A stretch of DNA of 64,000 nucleotides from Octopus vulgaris (Eukaryota). Positions within the stretch are counted from its first letter, which is position 1, and each line of letters starts with the position of its first letter. Made by a program: the position numbers and the translations under genes. Below, in pieces: positions 43,061-55,008 of this stretch. The notes beneath the pieces are model-generated. The model saw only the letters and a list, made by a program, of their open reading frames with translations, had not been told where the DNA came from and did not search any database. The stretch covers positions 154,628,001 through 154,692,000 of the forward strand of contig OX597816.1 in assembly GCA_951406725.2 (NCBI GenBank), written 5' to 3'.

Positions 43061-46000
43061 CGGGCTTCTTTCAGTTACCGTCTACCAAATATACTCACAA
43101 GGCTTTGGTCGGCCCGAGGTTACAGTAGAAGACACATGTCCAAGGTGGAAAGCAGTGGGACTGAACCCAGAACCATGTGGTTCGGAAGCAAGCTTCTTAT
43201 TACACAGCTACTCTGCTCTTATGCTTAGCGGCATTCCATCCGTTTTTACGTTCTGAGTTCAAATTCCTCGAGGTAGACTTTGTCTTTCATCTCTTCAGGG
43301 TCGCTAAAATAAATACCTGTTAAATACTGGGATCGATGTATTCGACTTACCCCTCCCCCTCGAAATAACTAGTTTGGGTTCAAAGTTTGAAACCGATATA
43401 TTTCTCACCGTTATTTCAACTGTTTAATGCCTCCTACACTGAATGCATTAACTTTACTAGTGCTTAAAAAAAAATTATGTGGATGACATCTCTGATGTTA
43501 TTCAACTGATACATAAATTGTTCAACAGACCTGATGAGGCTACTTTGACAGGGTTTGAAGCATCTGTGTTGAAGCCATAACAAACTCCTTCGTCGGTGAA
43601 TATTGTAGTGAAATTCTCAGGTCCACATCTCTCACTGCTCCAGTGACAGCTGATAATGAGACAAATATTTTAAATTGTAGCAAGAATACAACAAGACGTC
43701 AATTATGTACAGCGATATTTTGGCAGCGAAAAGACTTCAGTAAAGTTAGAAATAGTATGAAAAAAGCTTTACGTGTGTCTCTTGTCTTTTAGTTGTTTCA
43801 GTCATTGGACTGCGTCTTGGAGAATTTAGTCGAATAGATCGACCTCGGTACTTACTTTTTAAAGTCTGCTTCTTATTCTATCGGTCTCTTTTGCTAAACT
43901 GCTAAGTGGAGGGAATGTAAACAAACACCGATTGTCAAGCAGTGGCGGCGAACAAACGTAAACGCAAAGGCGCGCGCGCGTGCACACGCTCTCACACACA
44001 CACACACACTTCGAGACTACGTGGTTACAAAACGAGCTTTTTGATCAAACAATCATGCTTGCGTCTGTAATATAAATATTATAGATGGGAGGGACACCTT
44101 AGAATTGACAAATGTTTTATTATTGTGGTTGTTAGCTCAGATCAACATAAATCCAATCTATCATTGAAAGTGTTTCAATAAACTGAAAAAAGAGAACCCG
44201 TCCTTTATTTTCTCAATTTATGGGGCCATATAGATTATAAAGGGTTTCGTTGTAAAATTTATGCAATTTAAGATGTGATTTGAGTCTCATCAATTACGTG
44301 TGTTCTCCCACAAAAAAAAAACATGTAAAACGTCCACATGTTATTTCAGTAAGAGTTATCTTTGACTCAGTGACATATGTAGGTGCTGTCTAGCCGTAGA
44401 TCAGAACTCATCAAGCAGATCTGAGATGGAAATGCATTGCAGCCGTGACCTTCTTTCTTTTTGCGCGTCTGTAATTATATCATTTTATGTTTTCGTCCGT
44501 TATAAGGCAACAAGGAATGATTTAAAGAAAAATTTTCTGTCATTTTTAGTATTATCGAGCAAAGAGGTGGTGACTTGTCTCAATGACCCATAAACAATAT
44601 CTGGGTCATTTTGAAGGTGGCGAGCTGGCAGAAACGTTAGCACACCGGGCGAAATGCTTAACAGTATTTCGTCTATCTTTACGTTCTGAGTTAAAACATT
44701 CTGAGGTCGACTTTGCCTTTCATTCTTTCGGGGGTCGATATATTAAGTACCAGTTGTGTACTGAGGTCGATCTAATTGACTGGCCTTTCCCCCAAAATTT
44801 CGGGCCTAGTGCCTAGAGTATAAAAGAATATCTGGAACATTTTTGAACCATTTGAAATTGTTTCGGAACTCTTTAATCAAAATAACTGACTACCACTTCA
44901 AAAACAGTGTAGTAGTTTGTCAGCATTAATGGATAAGAACTAAGACCAAAGGTGTTTCGGCCATGATCATCTCGTTTTGTTTTCATATATGCTATACTCT
45001 GCACTTCGTTGTCCAGTGCATCAATTTTTAAGACGGCAGGATTACTTGAGCAAGATATGCTTACTGTTTTTAGCGCATGGAGCGACCACGCAGAAGCTCT
45101 CTCAGTAGTTTCGAAAACAATGATCTAAACTTTAGATCATTTAGATTCTCAAGCAATTCAGCGTTCGAAGAAATATTTTCAGGAAAAAAAACCCCCACAT
45201 TTGAAGGGGAAACTATAATTTACATTGGAAATTAAACGAATTATAAACACTACCGTCAGAATAGATAACCACTTAAATCCAGTGTTATTTCATTTAACGA
45301 CAATAGCATTAATATTTATTAGATCATTTAGCATCTTCAAGTGAGCGTTGAAAAAAGTGGTGGGAAGGGGGAAAGCTGTTGGAAAACCTCATGTGCAGCG
45401 AAATTTCAGTCCCTGTTGAAACAAATTTTACTTAATTTCTGGCCCTCGCTAAGAAAACTGTCACACTCCATTGTAAAAAGGGGAGAATAGTCAACATCGC
45501 ATTACTTTTTATTCAAATTAAAGCTCTGTATCTATTCAAAAGAAACCGATATCCACTCGATATGTGGTAAATAGTATTATTTAGAATAATAATACTATAC
45601 ACGGTTTCGATCACTCCATTTATGTCACTAATTTACCGTAAATAATGAAAGCCTCAACATCATTTTTGTTTCTTGTAATGTTTTAATGATAAGCTTACAA
45701 TACATATCACAAATTCTCTCATTGGCTATTGAAGGAAAAATGAACACCATCCTATCTCTTATATATCTCTAAGGTCAATCCCCCACTAGTGAGTACTACT
45801 CATTATGAAATGATACACAATAGACTCTGTCTCATAAATTATCATTTTATCATATTAGTACAAAAAAGCAGCAAATCGTAAGAATCGTTACAGCATCAAC
45901 CAAAATTCCTTTTGTTAATTAATTCTTGTTTTAAGTTCTGAGTTCAAATCCTACCAAAATGAACTTCGCCTTTCCGGATTCAATAAAATAAAGTACCAAA

Positions 46001-48108
46001 CATGTACTGGGTCGATTTAATGACTTAGCCCTTTGCATATCATCAATGCCTTTTACTTTTGTTAGAAACGGTTAAATAATCACAAAAATTCGCATGTTTA
46101 GGGAAGTGATGCAGTCGATTGAAATAACCGTATACAGTAACGGGTACTTATTTAAACAATACCATGCAGGATTTGAACTTATGATGTAGAGGGGCGGGTT
46201 AAATATTAAAAGGCATTTAATCTAGTATACTACAACGTCTGTCATTCTATGTGACTGACGAAAAATTTTGTTGATAGAAGTTCAAGCGATCGATAAATAC
46301 ATATAGATAAATATATGGATATAAGTAGATAGATAGAAATGAATAAATAAAAATGGATAGATAGCCATATATATATATATATATATATATATAGGTAGAT
46401 ATAAATAGATATTTAGATATACAGGCGGAGAGGTATAAATCGATAGAGAGGTAATGTGTGACTTTGTAATCATTGGACTACTTACTCTATTATCATATCT
46501 TCTTTAGTATGAGATATTCGTTGACGAAGATCTCTCTCGGAGATATTCAGTGCCTCGGCTTGCTGGATGAACTCAGAAGAAAACGCAATGCTCCTGTTTT
46601 CTGCCTTGTTGACATTTTCAATCATTCTGTATATGCCTAATTTATAAGCCTCGGTGGCCCTGAAAGCAAATAAATATCAACGGTTGAAATAACATCACTA
46701 ACGAATACACGTGATGCAGCTTTTGTATGTGAATAAACAATTAATTCTACTAGAAGCTCAGGAAGCACAGTTCTTATGCACTTTCGACAATCAATATATG
46801 GATTGTCAAGAACTGCCGATTTGACCTGCTAAAGTAAGAGAAAAAAGTATTTGAGAATACGAATAAGCAACCAGCCATTTACCACTTTGTAGTTTGATTT
46901 TTAACCTTAGAACTTCGTTGTTGAAAGAGTTTTGTTAACGTAGCAAAGATTACAATTTTCTTCTGAATACAAATGTAAAATTCTTTTTTACTACACTTGA
47001 TGTTGCGTAACCAAAGATGCGATGCCTATTACAGATTTACCGAAATAGCGGTAAATCATCTAAAATAAATAAATCAATCAAAGAGTTGAAAAATATTAAT
47101 AATTAAATAAAAATGTAAGGGGATATACATAAATTGGTAGAATGTTAATTAGCCGTTGTTTCACGTTAACTGCTGATTTAAATTAACTACAGTGCCATGT
47201 TAAATAACGATAGTACCATCTTAACTAATTAGTGTATCAAGTTAATTATCGACGACATTTAGTTAACAAACAAGCAAAGCATGTTATCGACGCAATACAC
47301 CGTGTTACCTAACCACTATATCAAGTTAACTAACCACACAATAGTGTTAACTAACCGTTATTCTGTTACCTATCCACTGCACAATGTTATTGAACAACTA
47401 CATTGCTCATTAATTTCTCCACCTTGTTAAATAACCCTGCACGAAGTTAAATTAACCATATATCATGTTAACTAACTGTTGTTCTTCTTTCGTTAAAAAT
47501 AACCAAGACTTTCTCAGCCAATACTGACGCAGGGTCCATCACCACCACCATCACCAACAACATGTGACATTTGAATAAATATTCATCCTCAGACATTAAT
47601 ATTTCTTACCAGCTGTTTCAGTCTTCCAGTCTTTGTCCTGTCTTCTGTATCCTATAAATATTAAAATATCCTTTAATATCTCATTTAATGAGATAATACA
47701 TCGGACATGATTTGACCATTACCCACCAGGTGACATTCAGTTTATTGATAATTTTACTTCTACTCATGTAAGAAGAACTTTTTCTCGCTTTATTTGTTTT
47801 TAAAACTTGTTGTTTACCACCTTTAATTACACGTCTGATCGAGCAGACGTATGAATAAAGGTGTTCCAGCTTTTCCATCAGGTGTTTTTGAATATTCAGG
47901 ATGTCTTTTACCAACGTACCTTTCCCATTTAATTTAAAGACTTTAGAATATGATATAGAAGAAATTTGGCTGTTATTTCTAGTAGATCGAACGACAGTGT
48001 GTAAGTGCCTGTTGTTGACTCAAATTGGTGTTGTTGGTTTTCTTCACCGTCATTCACTCACCCATTTTGCTGTCCACATCATCCCTTTTCCTCTCTATAT
48101 CCTTCCTC

Positions 48109-48163
<55 letters not shown>

Positions 48164-49194
48164 TTTTCTGTTGTTTCTTCTACCAGTACAGTTTTGTTGT
48201 TCTGCTAATTCAAAAGTGTTCTCGATTAACCTGAATATTATTTATATAAATATTTGCCCAAATATTTGAATTAAGAATGGCAGGTGAAAAAATAGGTGAA
48301 AAAAATCAAAGGCCAAAAAATATTTCTAATTTTCGAGCGAAATAAAAATAAAAATATATCTAAAAAGAATTGTTTATTTTCTACTTGTTACTAGTTATTA
48401 GTGAATTAGGCATCAACAGAGAACCATTCTTTAAGCTAAGCCGTTTATAGAAAAACATGATTCTGTAATGAGAGAGTGGGGAGAGGAGGACCGAAAATGA
48501 CAACTGAATTTATAGAAATAATAGTTTAGCGAACATACTAAAGAACACTTTATCACATTGTATCGATGTTTTTCAATATTTTTCTCCTGATAAACACGTT
48601 TTATGGTTTGATGATGCAGAAGTAACACACGCGTGGTCATTGCTGGAATATACACAGCAAAAAAAAAAAAAGGTAATTTAAATTAATTCTCCCCCACCCC
48701 GAACCAAGCGAGGCCGTGTGTGTGTGTGTGTGTGTGTGAATAAGAAAAAACATATCTACTGAGAGAAAACTATGCTATTGAAATAAATTACCTTTTACAT
48801 ACATCTTTATTAAATCACTGAGGATACATCCTTGCAATGACCTTAAGCTCTCCCATATCTTAAAATTATAACCAGAAACAATTAGGAAGGGGTAGAAAAA
48901 AATCAATAAATTAGACAAAATTTTTTTAATAACATAAATATGTTTATGGAGAGGAAAATATTGAAAAAACATCAATACATCTGAGAGTGGCAAAGAAACG
49001 GGGAGAGTGATCGTAGGATGTGCTAGAAACAACAACCAAATCTCTCTCAAATCACACACTTTCTCGTCTGAAAATATTTACAGTTTTTCTTTTCTTTTTA
49101 ACCGAAAAGGCTTTTCCCATGGTTTTTAAGTGCATAGTTTTAAGAAAATTGGTCAAAATTAATCCGGGAAGGGGAGAAAAGAGGAGGGATGAAG

Positions 49195-49227
<33 letters not shown>

Positions 49228-52200
49228 TGAAAAAAACCCCCATAAATTTTCGAAACTCTTTTCATATAAAGATGCCCCACATCATTTCAAAGGCAATGGT
49301 GAAATAAAAATTGGAAAATTCCCCGTCAAAACAGAGAAATTCTAACTTGTATGGGCATCCTGATCCGAAATTTCGTCTTGAAATGAATTTGTCTTCAAAT
49401 TTTACCGCGTTGTCTTACAAATTGACGATTGTACTGAATGTTACGGCTGGAATATTACTCAAACAATGTAGACAATAATGACCAAAGAAGCATAAACCAT
49501 TCCTACACTTGGAGGATATCTGAAAACAACAACTCTGTACGAAACAGCAAGTATCCATAAAGCAGTGGGGAGTGGACAACTTGTTCACACTGCCAAACTG
49601 CACTAAGTATTAGCTTGTGCATTATAGGAATCAACGGAGGCTTGGTATATCTGAAACTATATTTGCGCACCATGGGTTTAGTTGATCAGAACTGACATGG
49701 GGTTACATAGCAATCGTAACCAGTAATGCAGGAGCGTATATTCAATCGATTGAAGTGTTTTTTTTCTCACAAATGTATAACCTCATGCTAAACTTATATA
49801 AATCAACGCTAATTAATGTATACCATTATCGCAGAAGCCGCGAACAACAGCAAAATTTGAACTGAGACACTGAAACATCGAAGTAGGTATAGCAAACCTT
49901 GTAGTTCGTTGGCCTACACCTCAATCACATTGGTCATTCTCAATATCCTGAAATGCTATTTAAAAGGAAGCTCATGGTGACCAGTGGTCAAAAACGTGTT
50001 TCAGAACGATAAAATATAAAGGCCTTCAAGATATAATGAAATCGTTTGTGCTTGCTAGATCTGTTTAACGCCTTGTGTAACAACATCCTTGGGTCTTAAG
50101 TGCACTTAGTAGAGTTCACTCTGTTCCAAGCGGTCAGTCTAAGTCTCCAGTTTAGTGATAATTCCTTTCTCAATCTCCGAAGATCTACAAGAAGATCATG
50201 GGCACTCTCCTTTCTTCTCTTACAAAATCGTAAAAACAGAACTATTACGAATGTTCTCAATGTTAGTTGCCAGATGTTAAGTGACTAGATTCTTCCACGT
50301 GGTTGTAAAATAATGAAATACTGTTGATTAATAATATGCAATCCATCAATAACAGTTGTTTTATGCAGCGAAAAATTTAAGGCAGTTTCTTAAGCACCGT
50401 AGCGGTCGGCTGCGTCTATAGAATATCATATAATAACAAGGAGATTAACAGTACCAGTTCTGTAAACACCATTCATGACCAAGACACTCTTAATCCTTAA
50501 ATAACTCAGTACACCTAGCCGAAAACAGGTACCATAAGACTTGTAACAGCTCAGTGTTGGAAGCATTAACAGTTTTTTACAATTATTTTACCATTTGAAA
50601 TGTAGGATGCCGAATACCAATTATAATGTTAGTGTTTTGATTTTTATGCTTTTAACTAGTTTAATTTTAGGGAACAATCATCACAGTTGTGGGAAATATT
50701 TCAGTTAAAACAGAAGATGGAGAACCGGGACAGTAATTCATATCATTTCTGTATAAATGTTGCTAGCAGTTAAGAAGAGTACCGTAACTTTTACATATAG
50801 CTTGCAAAGTTATTTGCAATTCCTACAGTGACTCTGGAGAATTCCTTCTGTATACAGTTAGGCTGACCATATTCTCTGTCTGCTTTACAAATATATCTAA
50901 ATTCCAGGCCTGTTTATAAGCTGTGTGTGATGGCTGGTGTCCATTTGCTCATTCCACGTTAAAATCATCGTGCACAGTTGAAAAGGCATGAATATCATAA
51001 CTTCATTTCCTTCACCTATCAAACCAATAAGCTTGAACATTTGTCGATAGATATCTTTAATTAACATAAGCTCGAGTAATTTCATCTCTTTGTTAATCTT
51101 CATATCAACACATCTGTAACTAAAGACCCCCGGCCTTTCTTATTTTCAAACGTACTGTATTTAGAACTATATTATTTAATGTAATCTTTGCAGAAAGTTG
51201 ATATCTTCACTTAAATGTCTTAGTAAAGGTTAAAGAGTGAAATTATAGGCTATTTCAGAACATTGACTTCTCTAACTTGAAAGTAATACTTCAAAACGTT
51301 GATACTTCTCTTTTAACAATTTCGTCCTCCTTCATATTTGAAATAAAAGCTCTGCTTTTATGCTAGAAAGCCAACTCCAGCTAGAGAGATGCGAGAAGGA
51401 AATTAAGAAACAATGATTGTTGCGCAGGACAATGCGAAGATCCAGTGATACAGTGCTAGTAATAAAATAATATTTACTAATATTGATAGAAAGTAAGACA
51501 TTTTTGAGACGGGCTGTAGTTAGGCCATCTACTCCTCTAGTTTATAAAATGATATTTTGGCAGAGGATAAATAATCAAACTAGCTATTGGATTCTCTGTG
51601 AAACAAAATTACTGATATTTCAAACAAATCTTCTTTAGAGAGAAAATATTGTTTAAATGTTTACGGCGCAGTGAGAACCTAGGTTTTATATTCTCTGCCT
51701 GCTTTACAACTAAATTCCAGGCCTGTTTTATCAAAATTTGAGAACTTGATGAAATCACTTTTGCCGACGTAGATCACTGTTCGTTTCATCGGATTATGGT
51801 TTATATTGGCTGAGTAATTCTGTTGGTATCGAGTCGATTCTATAACTCTCCACCTTCAGCAATCAGCCTTACGTTTATGCAAGAAGTGAATATATTGTAA
51901 GTTAGCGCATGCGTCACTGAGTAAGAGATAACATCTGACGGCCGTGAACGCCATGATGCTTCCATCTCCAGCTGGAAAAAAACAAACGTCACAAGCAAAA
52001 GGCACGGCATTGTATCAGTAGCAATTCACTGCATCAAACATACGATACTGAGTCTGTCTTGAACTTACCTAAATTTATTCTGATTGCATATGGTAATTGT
52101 TGGGAAAAGCAACGAGTCATTGTAATTAACATCCAAGAGGACACTGACTGGATATTGGTAGAAGTATAGAATACGGTCAAGGATCTGAAATAAAGCCGCA

Positions 52201-53114
52201 GCTACACATGTCATCAAGAGGAGTAACCAAATCACCCTGGAGAAAACAAAACAAATAAATAACAACAACAAATAAAATATTAAATAAAAAGGAAACTATT
52301 CTGATTAAACAGTCCTTGGTGTTTAGTCAATAATTACATATTTACTAGAGTGTTACCCTAACCTTCGTCATATGTTAAGTAACTATGAAAGTATACTTGG
52401 ATAATATCAGGTAATGTGGAATACATACAATAACCATAATTGGACTTTAATCAAGAATTTTGGTGCTTGTACAAAATGACGAAATGAATGCTAATTTCAA
52501 AAGAAAAATATTAATTGCCTTAAAAAGTTAAATAAAATTAGATAAAAATTAAACAATTTTTCTCATTTTTATAATTCTTCCCATAACTGCTCCGACACTG
52601 ACTACATCCTTTCTTCTTCCTCCTTTACTACCTCTTTCTCTGTTAGTAATGCTTTCTCTCTCACTCTCTATATGAAACGTTTCTTTACTTGTTGCTTGCT
52701 ACCAAGCTTAGTATGCACTCTTTATGTTAAGTCTCTCGGAATCTCTCTTTTACTATTTTATTTCTTTATTGCCCACAAGGGATAAACATAGAAGGGACAA
52801 ACAAGGACAGACAAAGGGGTTAAATCGATTACATCGACCCCGGTGCGTAACTGGTACTTAATTTATCGACCCCCGAAAGGATGAAAGGCAAAGTCGCTCT
52901 TGTTTACTATTTTCCCGCAGTCTCTGTACCTTGCCTTATAATAATTCTGTTTGGCATTACGTTACTTACGTTACTTTCACGTGATTAGAGAAAAAGGGGG
53001 AGAGAGAAAAAGAGGGAGAGGAATGTAATTGTAACGCTTTCACGTGATTAGTTGAAGGGAAAGAGAGGAGAAAGAAAAGGAGAGAGAAAAAGAGGATAAG
53101 ACGAAGAGTGAGGC

Positions 53115-53155
<41 letters not shown>

Positions 53156-53300
53156 AAAGACGGAGAGAGAAGCATCCATGACATGTGGTAGGGGGAACGT
53201 AATACTTATTACGTAGTTAAAAAGTCAATTGAAGGTAGTGATATAGAGGAGGTTTAGGAATATAATTTTAATAGAGGGGTGATATTCTGATGGTGAGATT

Positions 53301-53338
<38 letters not shown>

Positions 53339-55008
53339 GGTGGAGGTGGTGATGGTGAGTACATAGTGAAAAGTGTATTTTTTTAATTGAACAAAGTTTT
53401 TTATATCACCTATCACTTAACGCACGCGCATCTTAAACTTGCCATTCGCTTTAGAAAGAAACCAATATCCCGTTCACCTGTCACATGCAATGACTATCAA
53501 TAAATTAGAAAGGCGGACATTTGATAAAGAGGTTCTGTTCTTCCTTGAACCAGTATTCAGCCATGGTCAGCTATATGTTGCATTCTGAATGTTTCGCAAA
53601 TTATCTGATGTGAGAGTTAAAGTTATCAACACTGACAAACAAGGGAAAAGAAGAGGGAGAACTTACACAAAGAACATAGTCTGCAAAGAAGTATTGGATT
53701 GAAAGGTGTACGCAAACTGAAATGTGTATTGGCTTTGACCCATCGCCTTGGCTTATAAGTTACCATCGATGTAGTTTTCAGAGTGCGCCATGTTGCATTA
53801 AATTTTTACCCCCGTGAAACTGTGACCCCTATATTTTACATATAAAATAATTTTTTTTACTCTAAAATTTTTGTTTTCTACATATGAAATTGTGACCATG
53901 TAAATTTTAAAATGTAATTTTTTCTGTTTATGGGAAAAATGGAAAAATAAGAGTGAACATTTATTTTATGAGTGCTGTGTCTATAAAATTGTGCATAAAG
54001 TATATAAAGTATATATATAAAGTACATTAAGTAATCATAGTATTCCAATTTCCTTCACCTTTCATTGAATAGTAGATGAACGACTATCTTTTGATACAGA
54101 CACAACACAAGCTACGCTTTCAGGCTTTTTGGATAAAATTTTAAGGAATAATCTAATAGGTTTATTATTAATTCCATGAAATATTCACGGGTCCCGCTAA
54201 TAAAGAATGATTAGCGAAATCAACCAATCAACCAACCAACCAACCAGCCATCATTTATATCGGATCTTGTTACATGGAGATACATGATGACCTAGTCTTC
54301 AGTCGTGGTAACTGAATACGCCTTTACAATCACCGCGAACGATTTTCCACCTTGGGAAACTAACTTCTATTTCACCCACGGGCCAACCAAAACGTTGTGA
54401 ATTAAATTTGATGGCTGGAAGACTTGCTTTTATTCTTGTTTGGTAAATTTAATCCACCGCTCTGTTTAGCACCGTAACCTGCTCCTCGTGTGCCTTTAGT
54501 GGGGTTTGCTCTACCTTATAAATTCAGGCAAAGTTTCCGGTTTGCGGACAACTTTCTTTTTTCCCCCTACAAGTTTGGGAGGTCATTGAAAGGTTCAAGG
54601 GCAAATCTATTCCCCCTCCAATTAAATGATGAAAAATGTATATAAAATTATTTAGTTATTTTGTTTTACATTCTGAGTTGAAATACCACAGAATAAGGAT
54701 CTATTTACCTTCAAAATTTTTCCTACGTGCTGATATATGAGAATATTTAGTTACGACACTTTACGCTCATAATACAAATCCTACCGATTCTTCAACATGA
54801 CATTAACAATGATAATCAAAACAAATATTTATACATACTTCTGAGGCCTTTTGCTGCTTTCCGAGAAAGCATTTTTCAAGCCGTGCAAACTGCAGTTCAT
54901 TGCAAAATGTAGAAACATGCTTGAAGGCTTTTCATCATCCGTAGGAACTTCGATGGTAGGACCTTCTTCTACATTTCCTTTTTCGAAGCGATTTCTGACT
55001 GAAGTCAT
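13696..55008 (-). CDS. DEG/ENaC (ASIC/BASIC-like) amiloride-sensitive channel subunit, 10 coding exons, 923 aa, with a giant extracellular insertion
   Basis: Manually spliced: 55008-54839, 52236-52069, 46659-46486, 43649-43531, 40572-40391, 39877-39724, 25938-25882, 19694-18179, 14693-14602, 13835-13696. Total 2772 nt, all GT-AG, phases match. Family motifs in order: SLHG, TM1, FPTITICNQNKFR, CHW..CGPENF, GVCYGFN, GLQLTLNVEQYEY, YSRSSCEAEC..CGC, CDCPLPC, ENILEIAFFY, LLCDTGGALGLLLGSSILTIFE. Confidence 0.95.
14602..14693 (-). CDS. DEG/ENaC coding exon 9 (pre-TM2)
   Basis: ENILEIAFFYKQLSYEIITDQVAYGFFSLL; acceptor atattttag, donor gtgagt. Confidence 0.93.
15547..17811 (+). mobile_element. Chapaev3-like DNA transposon (2265 bp, defective) in intron 8
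   Basis: Termini CACTGGGCAAAAAAA and TTTTGTTGCCTAGTG with a 3-bp TTA duplication on both sides. Transposase pieces VCVNHPDTFCYV, GDQDKLWAPHVCCKNC, KSMPFAVPMI.REP, MSLKIHFFHSHLDFF, SDEHGERFHQ. Confidence 0.9.
18179..19694 (-). CDS. DEG/ENaC coding exon 8 (1516 nt; end of thumb plus ~455-aa insertion)
   Basis: Starts DKFYSFRLNCDCPLPCNMLLFDPSISY and ends INDLFV(S). Open for 1516 nt; acceptor ccattttcag, donor AG|gtaatt. Phase fits exon 9. Confidence 0.92.
20525..20982 (-). mobile_element. SINE family 2 (Meta-domain-like) interrupted by a hAT-type MITE (~20672-20912)
   Basis: SINE halves flank a segment ending ggaccctggttgagaactactg, which resembles a CAGTGGTTCTCAACC hAT terminus. Confidence 0.65.
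21191..22240 (+). mobile_element. R4/Dong-like non-LTR retrotransposon 3' fragment
   Basis: Begins at an (AAT)n array. Motifs IKAVNTWAV, AAQEQAIRTN, CRIC..INHLLS (CCHC-like), ARRSDLII and KYQDLTRELKKLWK..GAFG (restriction-like endonuclease). Confidence 0.85.
24677..24860 (-). mobile_element. Penelope-like terminal fragment (second family)
   Basis: Homologous to 9905-10150; hammerhead-like motif at 24767-24804. Confidence 0.6.
25445..25805 (-). mobile_element. SINE family 1 copy
   Basis: Colinear with 63405-63835. Confidence 0.75.
25882..25938 (-). CDS. DEG/ENaC coding exon 7 (57 nt, thumb)
   Basis: DSVPLCSLVSFITCYIPQR supplies the expected C-x7-C thumb pair; acceptor ctatttcag, donor gtaagt, phase 1-1. 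Confidence 0.88.
26209..28389 (+). mobile_element. pogo-like DNA transposon (2181 bp, defective)
   Basis: 26-bp TIRs CCGTGAAA(TG/CT)GGGTTACTTT(G/A)AACAG with TA on both sides. Transposase 26876-28165 has an HTH-like N-terminus, NYDETNL and LQPLDVAFYGPLK, with stops and frameshifts. Internal palindromic TIR-like motifs at ~28177-28215. Confidence 0.92.
29883..30100 (+). mobile_element. tRNA-headed SINE family 2 (Meta-domain-like)
   Basis: aaggcggcgagctggc...gttcaaattccgccgaggtcgact...ttcatcctttcggggtcgataaa. Other copies at ~13058-13250, 23690-23885, 39126-39330, 44613-44826 and 58686-58900 (+), and 21025-21160, 31229-31448, 52770-52900, 55375-55592 and 56590-56710 (-). Confidence 0.85.
30032..30967. 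repeat. 271-bp inverted duplication with 394-bp spacer
   Basis: 30032-30302 is the reverse complement of 30697-30967 with about 7 mismatches. Confidence 0.92.
31229..31448 (-). mobile_element. SINE family 2 copy with 12-bp TSD
   Basis: AATTTTCTGATT at 31217-31228 and 31449-31460. Confidence 0.88.
34260..36230 (-). mobile_element. L1/Tx1-like LINE reverse transcriptase remnant
   Basis: NFWPITLLNAELKILAKVLAKRL, AQTCAILGRSIQGNL, LDQSRDFDRVDHRYL, AYANDIT (YADD-like). GC-richer than the flanks; ends approximate. Confidence 0.85.
37500..38105 (+). mobile_element. Degenerate maT/Tc1-mariner-like fragment
   Basis: Fragments ..AHEDIRYK.., WFFCDQK.. and KFPAAVMVL resemble DD37D transposases. Confidence 0.5.
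39724..39877 (-). CDS. DEG/ENaC coding exon 6 (Cys-rich thumb)
   Basis: VIGLPKPRGMCENRKLNLFPKYSRSSCEAECVTYALVETCGCRLSYMPEVN; acceptor tctgttag, donor gtatgt. Confidence 0.95.
40391..40572 (-). CDS. DEG/ENaC coding exon 5
   Basis: GIENGLQLTLNVEQYEYMSGGQKSVGLKVLFHNPHDVPTIKNLGLASATGTNSFFGLQVVE; acceptor tattgtag, donor gtaagt. Confidence 0.95.
42801..43220 (-). mobile_element. SINE family 1 nested in a SINE family 2 copy (42755-43395)
   Basis: ATGCTT duplicated at 42795-42800 and 43221-43226; the host SINE reads through once the insert is removed. Confidence 0.8.
43531..43649 (-). CDS. DEG/ENaC coding exon 4
   Basis: CHWSSERCGPENFTTIFTDEGVCYGFNTDASNPVKVASS; acceptor attatcag, donor gtctgt. 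Confidence 0.93.
46486..46659 (-). CDS. DEG/ENaC coding exon 3 (finger)
   Basis: ATEAYKLGIYRMIENVNKAENRSIAFSSEFIQQAEALNISERDLRQRISHTKEDMII; acceptor gctttcag, donor gtaagt, phase 2-2. Confidence 0.9.
47143..47480. repeat. Degenerate ~21-bp minisatellite with GTTAACTAAC-like core
   Basis: Units such as gttaaataacgatagtaccat, gttacctaaccactatatcaa, gttaactaaccacacaatagt. Confidence 0.7.
52069..52236 (-). CDS. DEG/ENaC coding exon 2 (TM1 and FPxxTxCN)
   Basis: VIWLLLLMTCVAAALFQILDRILYFYQYPVSVLLDVNYNDSLLFPTITICNQNKFR; acceptor ttctccag, donor gtaagt. Confidence 0.95.
54839..55008 (-). CDS. DEG/ENaC coding exon 1 (N-terminus with HG motif)
   Basis: MTSVRNRFEKGNVEEGPTIEVPTDDEKPSSMFLHFAMNCSLHGLKNAFSESSKRPQ(K). 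In-frame TGA just upstream of the ATG. An acceptor (tttacag) at 55030 implies an upstream UTR exon. Donor gtatgt. Confidence 0.9.

Noticed and set aside
47143-47480. CRISPR-like repeat-spacer appearance
   Set aside because: The core is only ~10 bp and degenerate, there are no cas genes, and the site is a eukaryotic intron. Kept only as a minisatellite.
47681-47914. Possible Helitron/PIF1 helicase remnant (KHLMEKL...GGKQQVL)
   Set aside because: The resemblance is too weak to call without a profile search.
49900-52030. Coding-like, possibly decayed transposon, with a 20-bp direct repeat (ctaaattccaggcctgttt near 50896 and 51710)
   Set aside because: No recognisable motif, termini or long ORF.
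52974-53051. Twice-repeated ctttcacgtgattag (E-box) in intron 1
   Set aside because: A short duplication with no independent evidence of regulatory function.
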